A stretch of DNA of 64,000 nt from Laetmonice hystrix (taxonomy: Eukaryota). The stretch is from NCBI GenBank assembly GCA_965235115.1, contig OZ249436.1, forward strand, positions 7,628,001-7,692,000. The letters run 5' to 3'. Under the pieces are notes generated by a model. The model had not been told where the DNA came from. It was given only the letters and a program-made list of their open reading frames with translations, and did no database searches. The number at the start of each line of letters is the position of its first letter. Positions within the stretch are counted from its first letter, which is position 1. Below are positions 26,701 to 40,767 of this stretch, piece by piece. The position numbers were made by a program, and so were the translations under genes.

Positions 26701-29700
26701 TTTTGATCACAATTATTCTGCAATTGGTATGGTAAGTGTTAATTTGTATATCATATAATAATACTATCTTTATTATATAATCATGACATAAGACTTTACA
26801 GATAAACTTCTTGCAAAACTGTATAGTGTAAATTTGAATCCTTCCCCATGGGAACACATGACTTACCAATGCCATGCTTGTCCATTAGGGCAATCAGATC
26901 AGCCTCGGTCAGAAGTGAAGGTGGCGAGGTTTCACCCTGGTTCATCTACAATGTTAACAACTAAAACGTTTCAAGTATGCACGACAGAACATCCTAGTCA
27001 TAATAAATCTTAGCACACGCCTGGCTGCTCCCAGCGTGTGTTATAGGCCCAAAACCGTGAAATTATTAGAGCCATAATTCACGGGTATGACGCGTCATGA
27101 ATTGACCAATCGGAGAGGGTGCTCATTCGAATTCATTGTGTTTGCCTGTCCTCGCTTCAAGGTTGTCAATAGGTAGAACTAGCAACTAATGGAGTGTTAA
27201 TGGCTGAGACTTCGCAGTTGTTATAGAATTACGAGAAGAAACCCGTCTGTATAGTTCAGTTGGGTCGTTTCGATTCGATATGCCCACAGCGAACTCTGTT
27301 TACATCGTTTAAATGACGCGCCGAGTCCATTTGCCTAGTAGAGGGGATGGCGCTATTGCTGAATGCATGGCCTTAATGTTCCGTCCAATCAGAAAGCTCC
27401 TTTTATAGGCGCGCTAAGTCAATGAAAGTCACGTGATAACGATCGACTAATAGTGAAGCGTGGTACAAATCGGCCGGTTCAAAGGTCATTGTGGGAGGCC
27501 CCCCGACCTCAGAATGTAAACAAGATGTGGTGGCCACAGTTGCTGAATGAAATCGCCGGTAAAAGCTCAACTGGGTGTAGTTTTGGCACTGTTTGAATTG
27601 TTTATAGTTATAGGTTGTGTGCTAAAGTAAATAAAGCACTGCCAGAGCCAGTCTCGACGTTGTTCTGGCGATATAATGCACTCGCCTTCGGCTCGTGCAT
27701 TATTTCGCCATAACAACGTCTCGACTGGCTCTGACAGTGCTTTATCCACTAAATAGCGTACGGCATTGGGGATTGGTTATCTTTCAGACATTTACATTAT
27801 GTAAGGTTAGGTTACCATCAGTCAATACTGCCTGGTAACTGGTAAGTATGTAGGTATGTAGGAGTATAAGGTTTACCTCAAGAACACTAGGTAGAAACAC
27901 CTGTTCTGGCTCAAACTGAGGGATAACCTGAAAGGTACACATAGGTTTGTCCATATTATCTGTGACATATCGGTAAGAATGTATCAAATGTATAAATAAT
28001 GTTGTGTTTTTTAAAATATTTAAAGTCTACAGACATTGCTACCCTAGATGGAAAAAACAAATCTTTCTGATCAGTATCCTAAAGTTTTTAAACAAAAAAT
28101 CTTTAAATATACTTACCTTGGCATTCCACTTGTCGTACGGGTACACGTCCAGGTAATTACGGGCAATGATCATCAATCCTGTGGCCGTGAACTGAAACAA
28201 ACCACCAGTAAAACATGTTGCTGCATTGGTAGGATTCAGTGAGGTAAGCAGTTCAACAAAACCTTACTTACATAGATAAAATGTCATCTTTACTCTTTCT
28301 CTATATATTGGGCCAGTGTTAAACTTACTGTCTCATCAGCGATATTTATCTCCACTGTAGTTTCCTTGCCTTGGGCATCCTGAGAACAGCATGCCAGAAA
28401 GTGGCGCACAACAAACTCATACACCCGAGCCTCATCTCCCTGTAAAATATAGACAACTTGTACAGCCATGTCTAAGATATGTAAGTGTCAACAATACTGA
28501 CTGGTAGATGACAAGGAAAGTTCTTGTAGCTTTCTGATACCTGTAAATTATTGGTGTACTTTAAAGGATGAATTGGAGGATGAGCCTTGTCAGTCTTGTT
28601 ACCATTCCTCGGGTTTGGACCGTGTTCTAGAATCCCCCCTGCAAACGCTGGAAAAACAGGAGCACTGGGAATTACTACCTAAAATTGTTTTGTCAAGAAA
28701 TCAATAATTTTGATTCCTTACCTCAATCTAGCCTTTTCGAGTTATTGAAAAGAGATATTTCTATGATTTCTATGTGACAGCCCTCACTTACCTCCCCACC
28801 GTTGGTCCTGTACCTGGTGCTGTACAAGGGTCACAAGATCGAGGTCAGGGGGGAAGATGTTGGTTTCAGTACGTGGATAACTTATGTAGCCTTGTGTGTA
28901 TAGCTTCTCTGCTATTTTCATGGTCTCTTTGGCATTGATTCGCAACTTACGCGAACTTAACTTTTCCAATTCCTGGAATGAAACAAAAAATCACAACATT
29001 TAAACAATGCGACAATCAGGTTTTGCCGTGCTGTACACTATATTAAATACAAGTATAGACTTGTATTGCTGCATATTAGGTTATACCTGAAAATATCAAT
29101 GTCAAGAATAACCCTCAAAGACCTTGAGTTTGAGCAAGGACTTACCACTGTGTCAAGGGCCTGAGGTCTCCATTTACTCTTTGGCCTGCTTTTTATGTCA
29201 ACTACTCTGGCCTCTGGGTTCTGTTAGAAACATCAACAATTTATGATTCTGTTTAAATTTCCTGTACTTCCTCTAATAAATCACATATATTAAAGGCAAT
29301 ATTGCTGTCCTCTGTAAAAAAATCAACTTACATTAAGTACCATAGTCCCCTATGTATATTAAATTTCTATAACATATAAAAAGATAAAGCTTAAAATGAG
29401 TGAAATTGAGAGAGATGCACAACTGATCAAAAAACAGTATCAAGGACACCACTATTGTATCATGGCCTTTGATTGCCTCTGTTCCATCCTATTAGATAAT
29501 GAAAGCCAAAGTGAGCTTTCTGCTAATACCATGCTGATGACTCCGCATGTTTAAATCTATATCACATTGATCTTTACCTCGAGGCAGTGTTGGTAGAGAA
29601 CTAAACATGCTGTATGATGGAATAATCGCACCCTGAAAATAACGATGAAAGTATCACCTTACAGGTAACAATGTACATTTGGTATGAAAAGCAACATTGA

Positions 29701-32700
29701 TGATAACATGTCAGTCCCTATGTTCATCAGATACCAAAAAAAACCTTGAATGTGTGTTCTATAATATTTATACAGATCTGTTTTGATGTTTAAACTCATA
29801 CAGACTTACCTTTTCCAAATAAAATCCACCTTCCCTTCATCAGTTTCATGTTGAACTGCATTAATTAAACAATGTGACATCAGAAAATTATATTAATCCT
29901 GTAGAAACAACCCTGAAAACTTAGACCCTTGAGCACTTTTAGAGTTGCAGACTGTATTTTTCTTTTTGAAATGCACGGGCATCAGGGGTAACCCAATTAC
30001 TTTGACAATGTCCCTAAAGAGAAAAGTTGTATAGTCCTCTACAGGAATCGAACCCAGGCCCTAAGATTACTGCACCCATTCGCATAGCATAAGGTGTCGA
30101 CATCCATGCCCACTAGGCCACCGCATTATTGGCTGCCACTATGTCTATACAAACAAATAATTTGGTGCTATCAGTTTCTATGCTGGTGCCATACTGTTAT
30201 AAATGCTGGTCATACACATACCTGAGATTTTCCAAAATGGCTCAGGAACGAATGCCTGAACTTGCTTATAGCGCTCAACCACAAACCCCAGTGTTGGAAA
30301 CTGACAGCTTCCATAGGACACGAGCTGTTCGGCCAATACAGCTGGGAAGACCTTTTGAAGGCGCAATGTTTGGAAACGTGTAAAGGCAGCACCTGTCAGA
30401 GAACCTTCAAACTGTCACACACAGGTCAATTTTTTCCCTGTCAAGGATTCTGTGTGTTTTACTTAGGCTTTGAAGAAATAAAATCCTGAAAGTTTGAGTC
30501 ACAGACCTGTAATATTTGTGGGAAAAAACACAGCTTGATCCTACACACAGCTTGGGGAGTGAGAAAATCAGCCTATGAATTTGTACTTTATAATTAACCA
30601 TAGATGCTCCTTTGAAGAATAATTATTTTAGTAATGAAGAATGGACAAGTTGAAGGATGGTAATCACCTATTCGCAAGTCTAACTCCTGACGGACATCGA
30701 CAGCATCACTTGTATTTTTGTCTGGTTCTATCAAATTGGCACATGCTCTCTGTACTGCACTGAACAATGAAAACACATTTTATTTCAATTAGATAATGAG
30801 AAAGTAATTTATGTAAATGTTAGACCATAAAATGTCTTTGTATTTTAAACTGCCATTAATTGTCCGATATTCATTTTGTTAGTCTTGCAACAGAAACTAT
30901 TTCATGCAGCCTTTAGCATATTCAGTCACTTCATATTCTGGAAGGATAGCAGCAACAGAATGAGAGCTGAAGAGGGTATTTTCTTGGTCGGCAAAAAATG
31001 CCTCTCTGTGACTAAGCTACTCCCTGATCTGTGTCCAGAATCCAGAATTTAATGAGAACATTTGTGACCGTAGCTTAGGTCAGTTTAGGTTTGAGGTAAA
31101 AAACTGCACTGCTAACATTGAGATAGGGCTCTGATGGAAAAAAATTCAGCTATCTTGCTGGGTTTTCGGGCCAGAAATTATTCTGCACCTGAAAATGGAG
31201 ATCTTCTACTTACTTTGGTGTAATCTCTGAGAATTTGGCCCTGTATACTCTCAGGTTGGCTTTAACTGTAAGTAACAAAAAACGTGAAAAACAAAATCTG
31301 GGATACTTTAGACAAAATTTTTTCTGTTCTAAACATCAGAAAATGCAACTTATCCACAGATACTAGCAGTTCTTCCAGAGCCTATGTTCTTCTCTTTCAA
31401 AACAGTCATGGTTGTGAAATAAAGTTCTACTCTGACATTTAAAAAACATTTACAGACAACGGTACTCAGGTCCATGTGTATATTTTTCTTCTCAACAAAC
31501 ACAAAGATATTGTAAGAGACTAACCTGCTTTGCAGACTTGTATGATTTCAAACCCAATATTTTCACCTTCACGATCACAATCTGTCCAAATGATCAGTGA
31601 TTGACACCCTCTCACCTCTCGCTCTAGAGTTCTCTGAAACATAACAATATCTGTCATGCTGTTTGGGTGTAGTAATAACTCTTAACAAAAAATTTAACTG
31701 GTAAATGTAGAGGTGATATGTATTGATTCACTTGAAAAAATTATAAACATAAAGTCATCTTAATAACGCATGAGACCTAATAGTAGATGGCTAATTAGTA
31801 AGGAAAATGTTATACCTTTATGTCATTGTAGTCTTGAGGACATAACTTTTGAACTGGAGCATCAAACAGAGCAACTGGATTGCAACCCTGCCTAGAATGG
31901 ATTACAAGAAACCAAACCTTGATTATGGTTTTCAACATGCACACAAAATGTCTTAATTAAAGCTGATTTTATTCTGCATTTTATATCACACCCTCACAGA
32001 TTGAACTTTACTTTAGTTTGAGCAGAAATCTGCAAAGACCAGCTCCTGGTTCAAACTTAAAATGCTCCATGAAATGTTGCAATATTTCAGTTTTTTTCAG
32101 GCTTTTATTACTGTTATATATACTGACCATTTGCGATACTGTCCCACAAATTCCAGACCAAGAAGATGGCCAGACACTGATGTCATTGTCATGGTAACAT
32201 TCTGCTGATTTAGAATGTTGTATTCAAACTCATAGATCTTATTGAACCTTGAAAAGCCCTCTCTCTGAAAGGACAAAAAATTACAAACATGTGTATCTAT
32301 AAGCACAGTGGCTGTGCCATATTACCACCGTATGGCACCCTGAACGGCACTGGCAGATGGCATGCGCATATAATAATGGTTGCAAGTCGTGAGTTCCCTC
32401 CGTCTATATACGCTCAGGATCTTAGAGATTGCATAGGGCAATGAGAATCGCTGCCGTGACCTGCCCCTGACACACATCCCCTAGAAGTGTGCATCTGAAC
32501 CGCAAGCAGACAATCATCGGGTAATGAGTTGCCGGGTACGGTTTTTAAATTTTTGTTATTTCTTTATTTAACCTGAATGGGCTACCCTGGGTGGGGTTTT
32601 TCCTGCCTTCCAGAGACAACTATCAGTCAATGACCGGCCCTTATCACTTTATAAATCACTTTATAAATTCAGATAGGATAACAACATATTGTAAGCTAGG

Positions 32701-35143
32701 CCGTGGGCATGGTTATTGTTAGTTTAGTCTTAATAGCGAGTGCAGCGAGCCGCAGAGCGGCTCGCGAAGCGAGCTCTATGACAACACACGTGAAAGGATG
32801 GCCAAGGTGACACATACTGTCTCACAAAAAAATTTCGTCATGTAAAACCGGAACCGGAAAAACCATGGAGCAAATCCATGGAGAAATCCATGGAGGGTCA
32901 TGTGACCCTTGCAGAGCATGTGTGATTTGTGACGTCACAGTGAACAAACAGTCGTGTGAGTGTTTGTTCACTGTGACGCCACAATATCCCGACGTCCGTG
33001 CTGCTAAGTGACCAGTCCTGACATTGTATATTGTTACCGTATATATATTGTAGGCCTCCCGTCGCTGCGCTCGCCCTCTAGGTAGCCCCTACATCATAGC
33101 GAGCGCAGCGAGCCGGCGAGCTCTATACCCAAGGAGAACTGCATACCGTGCAACGATCGGATATGGAAATCTGTGGAGGTTTTGGTGGTATTACGGAGCT
33201 GACAAAATCGGAGCAATCTGATTGGCTTAAAGAGACGTGTCACTATTCTCAGTGGCGCCACCTCGTGGCAATTGACGAACTCTATTTTTACACGTTGCAA
33301 CGTGTTTTTTACGTCACTCAATGCTGTCAACAACACGGCAATGCAGAGGCAGAGTCAAGTCTGGCCGCTTCACATCCCAGAAACAGTTTGACAAAAGGCT
33401 TCACGATGCCAGAAAAATGTACTTGACTATGTGTTTTAACATTGGAGTCTATGGGACCGATAAGACCCTTGGTAGTGAAAATGTTGATATCTCATGAATT
33501 TCCATGGTGACATATGATTTTTTTTAATCTAAAGTGTTCACAACAAGTCATGCAACAATTCTGAGAAGTATTTTCAGAATCTCTGGGTTAGAAATGTCTG
33601 AAAAAAATCTTCTCTCTTCTAATCCGAACCAAAAATTTCACGTATCTCTCTCTACTGTAGACTGTAGTAGTGCGAGTTGAAGGCCTATCTTCAAATGCTC
33701 ATAACTCAGGATCCGATATGGTGACCCGCCATTTTCTTTGCACCAAAATACTCGAAAAATGTAGAATTATTTTATGTGAAAGTAGCCTGAAAATCTCTGG
33801 GTCAGAAATTTTTGGCTTATTGGTGTCGAGTCCCTTTAAATTGCACTGCATCGAAATTCAAATTTCCCAAACGCATGGGAATCTACAAACCGCTTCCTTA
33901 TCTGCCACTTCTATAAACAGATTCCAAACATTTAGTGATTTTTCCATTTGATTCTACCTACTCTTCACGTCAAATCGCCTGTCGGAAACGTAACGGCCAA
34001 TCGCTCCCGTTTACGGTCGCTTGACCGAAGTGAAAATGGTGGAAAACGTAGCCTGCTAGACTGTGGATTTAGAACCCGATCTGTTGATTTCCACTGTGAC
34101 GTCACAATATCAACACATGCTTATTCCAAAGTCTACTGTGACGTAACAATATAACCATGGTCGTCTTATCATGGTCGTCATAAGACGACAATGGGCGTTG
34201 CTAAGTGACCTGTTACTCCCGGCGCTGACGTTTTCTCTAGATTCTTTGGCCTGACTTGGCAGACACCCGGGCTGGCGTATTATTATCAATGACTATACGG
34301 CTATGGAAAGCTGAAACAAAACTGTAGTAGCTAGGCTAAATAAAACTGCGCTCGCCCCTGGGTAGCACCCAAATCATATTAGGGTGTGTGGGCGAGTCAG
34401 TGAATAGTTAAGTTGCAGTTGGTGTTTGGGTAATATATATTATTGGGGGGGGGGGGGTATATATTGGGAGCTCGCCAGTCGTTTCGGCCGCCTGCCAGTT
34501 GGGCCGCCCGTATATTGTAGTGACCAGCTTCACCGCGGGTCACTGCCGCGGTGCTACTGGTCACTCAATCGGCCGCCGCTCGAAATCGGCCGCCCGTAAT
34601 AACCTACACGATCGGGCTTTGCACGCAGCACCCCCCGGCTCTGCCGTCGGAGCCGCCCGCGGGACTAAACTATCACTAACCCTAGGCCTCACCTTAACCT
34701 TAACTCTTCTGGTCGGGTACGGCCGCCCGTGATTTACGCGCGGCCGACTTCGAGCGGCGGCCGATTTCGATATAGGCCCCTACACCCTAATGTTAACCAT
34801 ACGGGCGGCCGAACCGGCAGGCGGCCGAAATGGACGCACACCTATTGGGAGGGGGGGGGGGGTGGCAGACACCCTTTCAGACAGCCTAGTTTGGGCCTTT
34901 CCCTTTCCTTTGGCTTGGGTAGGGCCTTCCTCACCCCAACACCCGACTTGTCTACACAGTTACTGAGTTACGGCGTGGCGGATCATGTACTGTGACCCTG
35001 TGCCGTGGACCTACCTTCCTGTACCGCCCCCGCGACATCAACTCGGACAGCGACTTTGCAGCATCGTTCTTCTCGGCAACATTCAGTACTCGAACCATGG
35101 CAGGTGGTCTGGAACATAACCACCTAACAAAAACTCGAATCAT
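20743..35143 (-). CDS. TOP3A: DNA topoisomerase III alpha, about 32 coding exons
   Basis: Exon 1 35143-35015 ([12 protein letters not shown]); TSVSGH (~32170); [21 protein letters not shown] (~31550-31590); [30 protein letters not shown]; catalytic [10 protein letters not shown] (~28865-28892); [29 protein letters not shown]4 zinc ribbon; two GRF zinc fingers (CNCG...GPNKGRTFYVC, CKCG...[11 protein letters not shown]); terminal CCHC knuckle [14 protein letters not shown]; stop at 20743-20745. GRF fingers indicate alpha rather than beta. Confidence 0.96.
24049..24445. mobile_element. MITE (PIF/Harbinger-like) in TOP3A intron
   Basis: TIRs TAATGGCGGGCTCAGACAG / CTGTCTGAGCCTGCCATTA, internal copies of TGTCTGAGC; CpG-rich within a CpG-poor gene. 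Confidence 0.75.
27010..27755. mobile_element. Non-autonomous hairpin-bearing DNA element in TOP3A intron
   Basis: TTAGCACAC (27010) / GTGTGCTAA (~27616) inverted pair, then a ~115-bp hairpin 27631-27745; CpG-rich insertion. Confidence 0.6.
29960..30124 (-). mobile_element. tRNA-derived SINE-like element
   Basis: On - strand: box A TGGCCTAGTGG and box B GGTTCGATTCC, then a unique body and an A-rich end (TCAAAAAGAAAAA); no convincing cloverleaf. Confidence 0.6.
32733..34378 (+). mobile_element. Two head-to-tail Helentron/DINE-like non-autonomous elements (about 32733-33097 and 33097-34378)
   Basis: Both begin TAGCGAG(T/C)GCAGCGAGCCG...GCGAGCTCTAT and end CTGCGCTCGCCC...GGTAGC...ATCATA; the subterminal CTGCGCTCGC is the reverse complement of the 5' end. 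Shared internal CACTGTGACGYCACAATAT and TGCTAAGTGACC. Confidence 0.65.
34478..34835. mobile_element. GC-rich MITE with about 33-bp TIRs and internal CCTAAC-like repeats
   Basis: TTTCGGCCGCCTGCCAGTTGGGCCGCCCGTAT / ATACGGGCGGCCGAACCGGCAGGCGGCCGAAA. Confidence 0.7.
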
Positions 35144-35701
35144 AGATAAACCACTGCCGTCAGTAGTAACTTACAATACGAATAAAGTAACACTGTAAAC
35201 AGCAGTGATGATAATCAGGATCACATCACGGTCAGCGACTTTTGTTTTTGGCGGCCCACGTTTAGTCCAGTTTACGGCAGCTACCCTCGGCTTACGACAA
35301 TGGCAGAAAGTCTATAGCAAAGGTCTGTTCTCATATTTTTAATCCTTTTAAACTAAAAGAAAAATATATTATTGTTACTGGATACCTTGTTTTTCGAACT
35401 TGAACATAAAGCTTGGTTCTTGTTGTCGCGCTGATGCCGTACTCTGGCTCTTAATGAGGCAGGGAACCAGCCAGATCCCGCACAGACTCCCAGCAGATGT
35501 GTTTCCTTCGTTTCTGGCGCTGAGATCGGGAACAGGTCTGATTGGAGTTTGCCATAGACTTCCGTCTGGTTCGCACAGGGTACCAGTATCATTTAGCTCC
35601 TCAGAAAACAACGCGGGGTGCTACTCGACAGCCCAGTAACCTTCATCGTATTGTTATGTTGTGGTGTAGTGCCCTGGGCCCCCATAGAGATTTGTGACAA
35701 A
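35144..35701. promoter_or_regulatory. Probable bidirectional promoter/5'UTR region TOP3A - UQCC4-like
   Basis: Divergent start codons only about 560 bp apart; CpG-containing; CCAAT box (ATTGG) near 35542. Confidence 0.6.
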
Positions 35702-36847
35702 ATGACACCAGCTACAGGTACCCTGATTGTAAGATCGTGGCCGAAATATATGAGGCGATTAAATGCATCGCTTTGGAGGTAAGGAACTTGTTATGACTTA
35801 TGACAGTATGACTATGTTAGTATGTATGAGTATGACTATGACGAGTATGAGTGACTTAGTTATGGCACAGCCTCAGCTCAGGGCCCGGTTTTAGAAAGAA
35901 GCCAACATCATGATCATAGAAGATAGGCAGTATTCGTAACTGAATCTATTCCATAGGCTCCTATCATCAATCATGGGTCTGTAACATAGTCAATAATTCT
36001 AATAAAAACAGGCTAGATCTACCTAGAGTCTACATGTATTTCTTTAGATGTGGCCATCCTTCTAAGGGGCCGTTCAAAAATTACGTAACGCTCGGGGGTG
36101 GGGGGGTGTATGTCCAAACGTTACGGACAGTGCTGAAGTACCATTGCAGAGCGTTACGGGGGGTGGGGGGGTGTCAGATTTGGCGAAAAATAGCGTTACG
36201 TAATTTTTGAACGGCCCCTAACGCGTGTAACGCAGTGAGTGGGTCGATATGGTGGATATATTGGCTAGTATTTCTTCTATTTTTTCTTTCTTTTTTATAA
36301 GAAATAACTACTCTAGTAGGTGTTATCATTATCAAAGCTTTGGTGTTATTCAATCTCCACTTCCTTTCATTTGGAGAGTTCAAATAGATATATTTGTACC
36401 ACAAACTTCATTGATCTGATGGAATCTGATTTCTGATGTTTCAGACCTTTATCAGCCAACATCCATACCTCTTGCAGATGTCTGAAGAAACAGCCTCCTC
36501 CTGAAGATTTTGATAAACCTATCCAGTTTACGAAAAGCAAAGCACATGACTGGCGAGCCATCGATACATTTACCACACCAGTGGACAACCATCCTCCATA
36601 CCAGCCTATGGTCCTTGTAACTAGCTTTGCAATTTTCTTAATCTATTTTCTAGTCCTGCGTGAAGAAAATGACATAGATGAAACCATGTCAACATCCCTG
36701 TATGAGAGGATACCTGGTTTGGAAGAACAGAATCTTTTGGCACGTATAGACTATGACAAAAAACAAGGAAATGACGTTACAGCTTTAGAGAGTAGACTGA
36801 AGGAAGTAAGAGAGAAGGAAAAGGCCAGAGTATCGAGTGACACTTAG
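35702..36847 (+). CDS. UQCC4: CCSMST1/C16orf91-family protein (complex III assembly factor UQCC4-like), 159 aa, 2 exons
   Basis: Exon 1 35702-35778 (MTPATGTLIVRSWPKYMRRLNASLWR, basic presequence-like, AG|GTAAG phase 2) + exon 2 36445-36847 (KPIQFTKSKAHDW...FAIFLIYFLVLREENDID...LYERIPGLEE), motifs recognised as CCSMST1-family; single TM. Confidence 0.8.
36066..36218. mobile_element. Tourist/PIF-Harbinger-like MITE
   Basis: Perfect 27-bp TIR GGGGCCGTTCAAAAATTACGTAACGCT, TAA target duplication on both sides. Confidence 0.9.
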
Positions 36848-39588
36848 ATACTGGCATGAGTCCAAGAATCTCATGGCAGAGCTCTGGTAGAAGAAACTAA
36901 AAGAACAGTGTTCCACAGTTGCTGAAAGGTGTTTCCATTGTTCCGAATGTGTTTAACTCCAAGGAGAAACATTGCCTACCTGGATTGCCAAGAACCATTT
37001 CTGATGTGGGAATGGATGCCAAGAAGTACATTGTACTTTTAAAATACGTATAGTGGAATAAAGGCCCTGCTGAGTTCACCCCTGGTAGATGAGCCTCGAG
37101 GACCAATGCCAAGAAATGAACAACATGGCATCAATCTCCATTAGTCTATGTGTTATTTCTTTTGAGTGTAATGAATCTAATGCCACAGGACATTCTATCA
37201 AGGCTTTTAAAAACAACTTGGGGACTACCATACAACATCTCTGACTGTGAAGAGATGAGAATATAATAAAGGGTAACGCTACCAATCCTGTCTGACAAAC
37301 GTAGATCTAAAAGGTCACAAAGTCCTGAATATTAACCCTGTTCCCATGACTTCTTCCTTTTCCAGGCCTGGATTTTGATAATGTGAAATTCCAGCACAAT
37401 TTAACATTACTGAACATGTATTGGGCAACAGATTTAACTGTACTTATCAGTGAGTTTCTTCATGACTCTTACGTGTTAACCTATTCTCTGAAAACGTCAA
37501 TATTTTTTTTTATATAATTCTTTTAAAGTGTCCCTCCTGCATAAATCTTTTAGATGATTCCTATCGACTAGATGAGGGAGCAAAAATAAATCATTTCGTT
37601 GCTAATCATTTTCTAAAAATGTTCAGTATAACTTAGTACTATCTCCAAATCAAACTTTTATTTTGATAGTCAAATTTTCTGGATTATTTTGCACATTGCG
37701 ATTAGCAGTTCTAATTATAGGCATACGAGCGGGGGGGCGAGAAAATTCGAGCAAAACCATGAGGAAAATACAGGCAAAACAAAAAGAAACCCCCCACCAG
37801 AATTTTCAAGCAGATCAACCCCTCTGCCCCCCTTAACCAGAGTCCCCATACGCCCGTGAGTTCTTTTATGAACAATGTAGGGTACATGTACTTTGATGTG
37901 GCCTTTCAGCACTTCACTTTCAAAATGACCGCATTTGGCTTTTTGCAAGGTTTGGTAGACCTGTCTGCAAGAATGGCTGCACTCAATGTGTTTTAGGGTA
38001 TGGGAGGGAAGGATAATTCCAGTGCTTGCCATCTGAAATTTGCAGGAGAGCGTTTCATCGCTCTCGCACTTTATTGTACTGGAGCTATTAGCTCTCCTGG
38101 AAAATGGAAACAGTCACTTCAATCTGAAATGGTATGAGCTCACACAAAACTAGTACAGGTGGAGGCCTGGCAACTGGCAGCGCTGCATTATACTTTATCT
38201 ATGCATTTTTGAGCAAGCACTGTAATTCTAGAGCCCAGTAGTTTCCGCAATGTGGAAACACAGACGGAACCGTGGAATAGAACTTTGCACAGAAAACTAT
38301 GATTTGGCAAATTTTTCCTATTTTCATGCATTTTTGTTAAAATTCAAACGGTTTTACTGGTTGGTGACACATCTTGGTCGTCAGTCATGTTCAGTTCATA
38401 ACAAGTCAAGAAAGCAGACAGCCCTTATCAAGCATACTTTTGATTTGTTCCGCCAGAAGTTAAAACGGAATTTTGTAATTTTGGGGGATTTTTGGACAAG
38501 GGAATTTGGCAAAATATAACGCAGAACCAGTTCAACCTGTGGGGCTCTATACTTTGTAAACCTCAAAATCCCCTAACTACTTTCCCAACAGCACACTACT
38601 TTAAGCAATGACGGACGGGACTGAATTGACACAAAGCCCCCCCCCCCCCCCTCCCCCATGATCAACGAATTTAATACCAGGTATTTACAAGCTGCAATGT
38701 TATCAGGCCAAACTGTTTGGAGATCAACAACCAAACACAAAGCTTCATTTTATTGTGTTTAATCCGAGTATATATTTGGTCTTTGATGATGCTACCCTTG
38801 GATGGATAATACAGCTGCCATTGTAGACCAGTGTTGCAAGAATTTAATTTTACAGTGCCATTTAATAAATACCATCCAGATTTTGTTGACACAAGAGATC
38901 CAATTGAACAGACTTTTGTATTGTCCTATTGTAATTTAGAATTTCACATACACTGCAGAAATGGTCACAGGCGCCAGCCCTGTGGACATGTAATCCAGAA
39001 TATTACAGGCAATGATCCAGTCTGTCTAAGCAACGAAACGGCTGAAATTATAAGTGGGCACAGCCCAAGTCACAGATCCTGATCTACTATCCTTGCATCA
39101 CTGATGTTTTGGAGGGGAGGTTCACAACCTACAACATTACATTTACACAAGTGAAGACAAAGACTTACTTAGACTAATCTACAATTTATTCTGACGCCAC
39201 AATAAAAGAAACTTACAAAATAAATGTTATGATAAGACAATGAGTCACATTTTGTTTACCATGATAAACTTGCCAGAGCAGGAATTACATGTAGATGATG
39301 ACTGAACCAGGAAATAGGTGTGATGTGCACGTTCTCTGTGACACCAGGACAGTCCCACATCAATAACTTACACAATGATGAATACCTCATATAAAATCAA
39401 ATGTCTACCTAAATAACGGGTCCACATTTATATAAAATCTCCCTCCTCGAATGTAGACTCATACGCTCTATGTATGAAAAAATGGATGTAACCACATTGG
39501 TCTTATAATGGTAGTGTCCACATCTCTGTTGTGCTAATCCAGTGCACACAATACAGTCACAAGTCAGTACATGCTGCTGATAAGATGA

Positions 39589-40767
<1,179 letters not shown>

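Noticed and set aside
30035..30124. Functional tRNA gene
   Set aside because: A and B boxes present, but no acceptor or anticodon stems could be folded; treated as SINE-like.
35208..35322. Alternative first exon for the UQCC4-like gene (MIIRITSRS...)
   Set aside because: Its donor is phase 1 and hits a stop in exon 2; exon 35702-35778 has the right phase and a stronger donor.
37995..38550. Further short TIR-like pairs (CAGTGCTTGCCA/TGGCAGCGCTG; TAGAGCCC/GGGCTCTA)
   Set aside because: TIRs too short or degenerate and no TSD, so boundaries cannot be supported.
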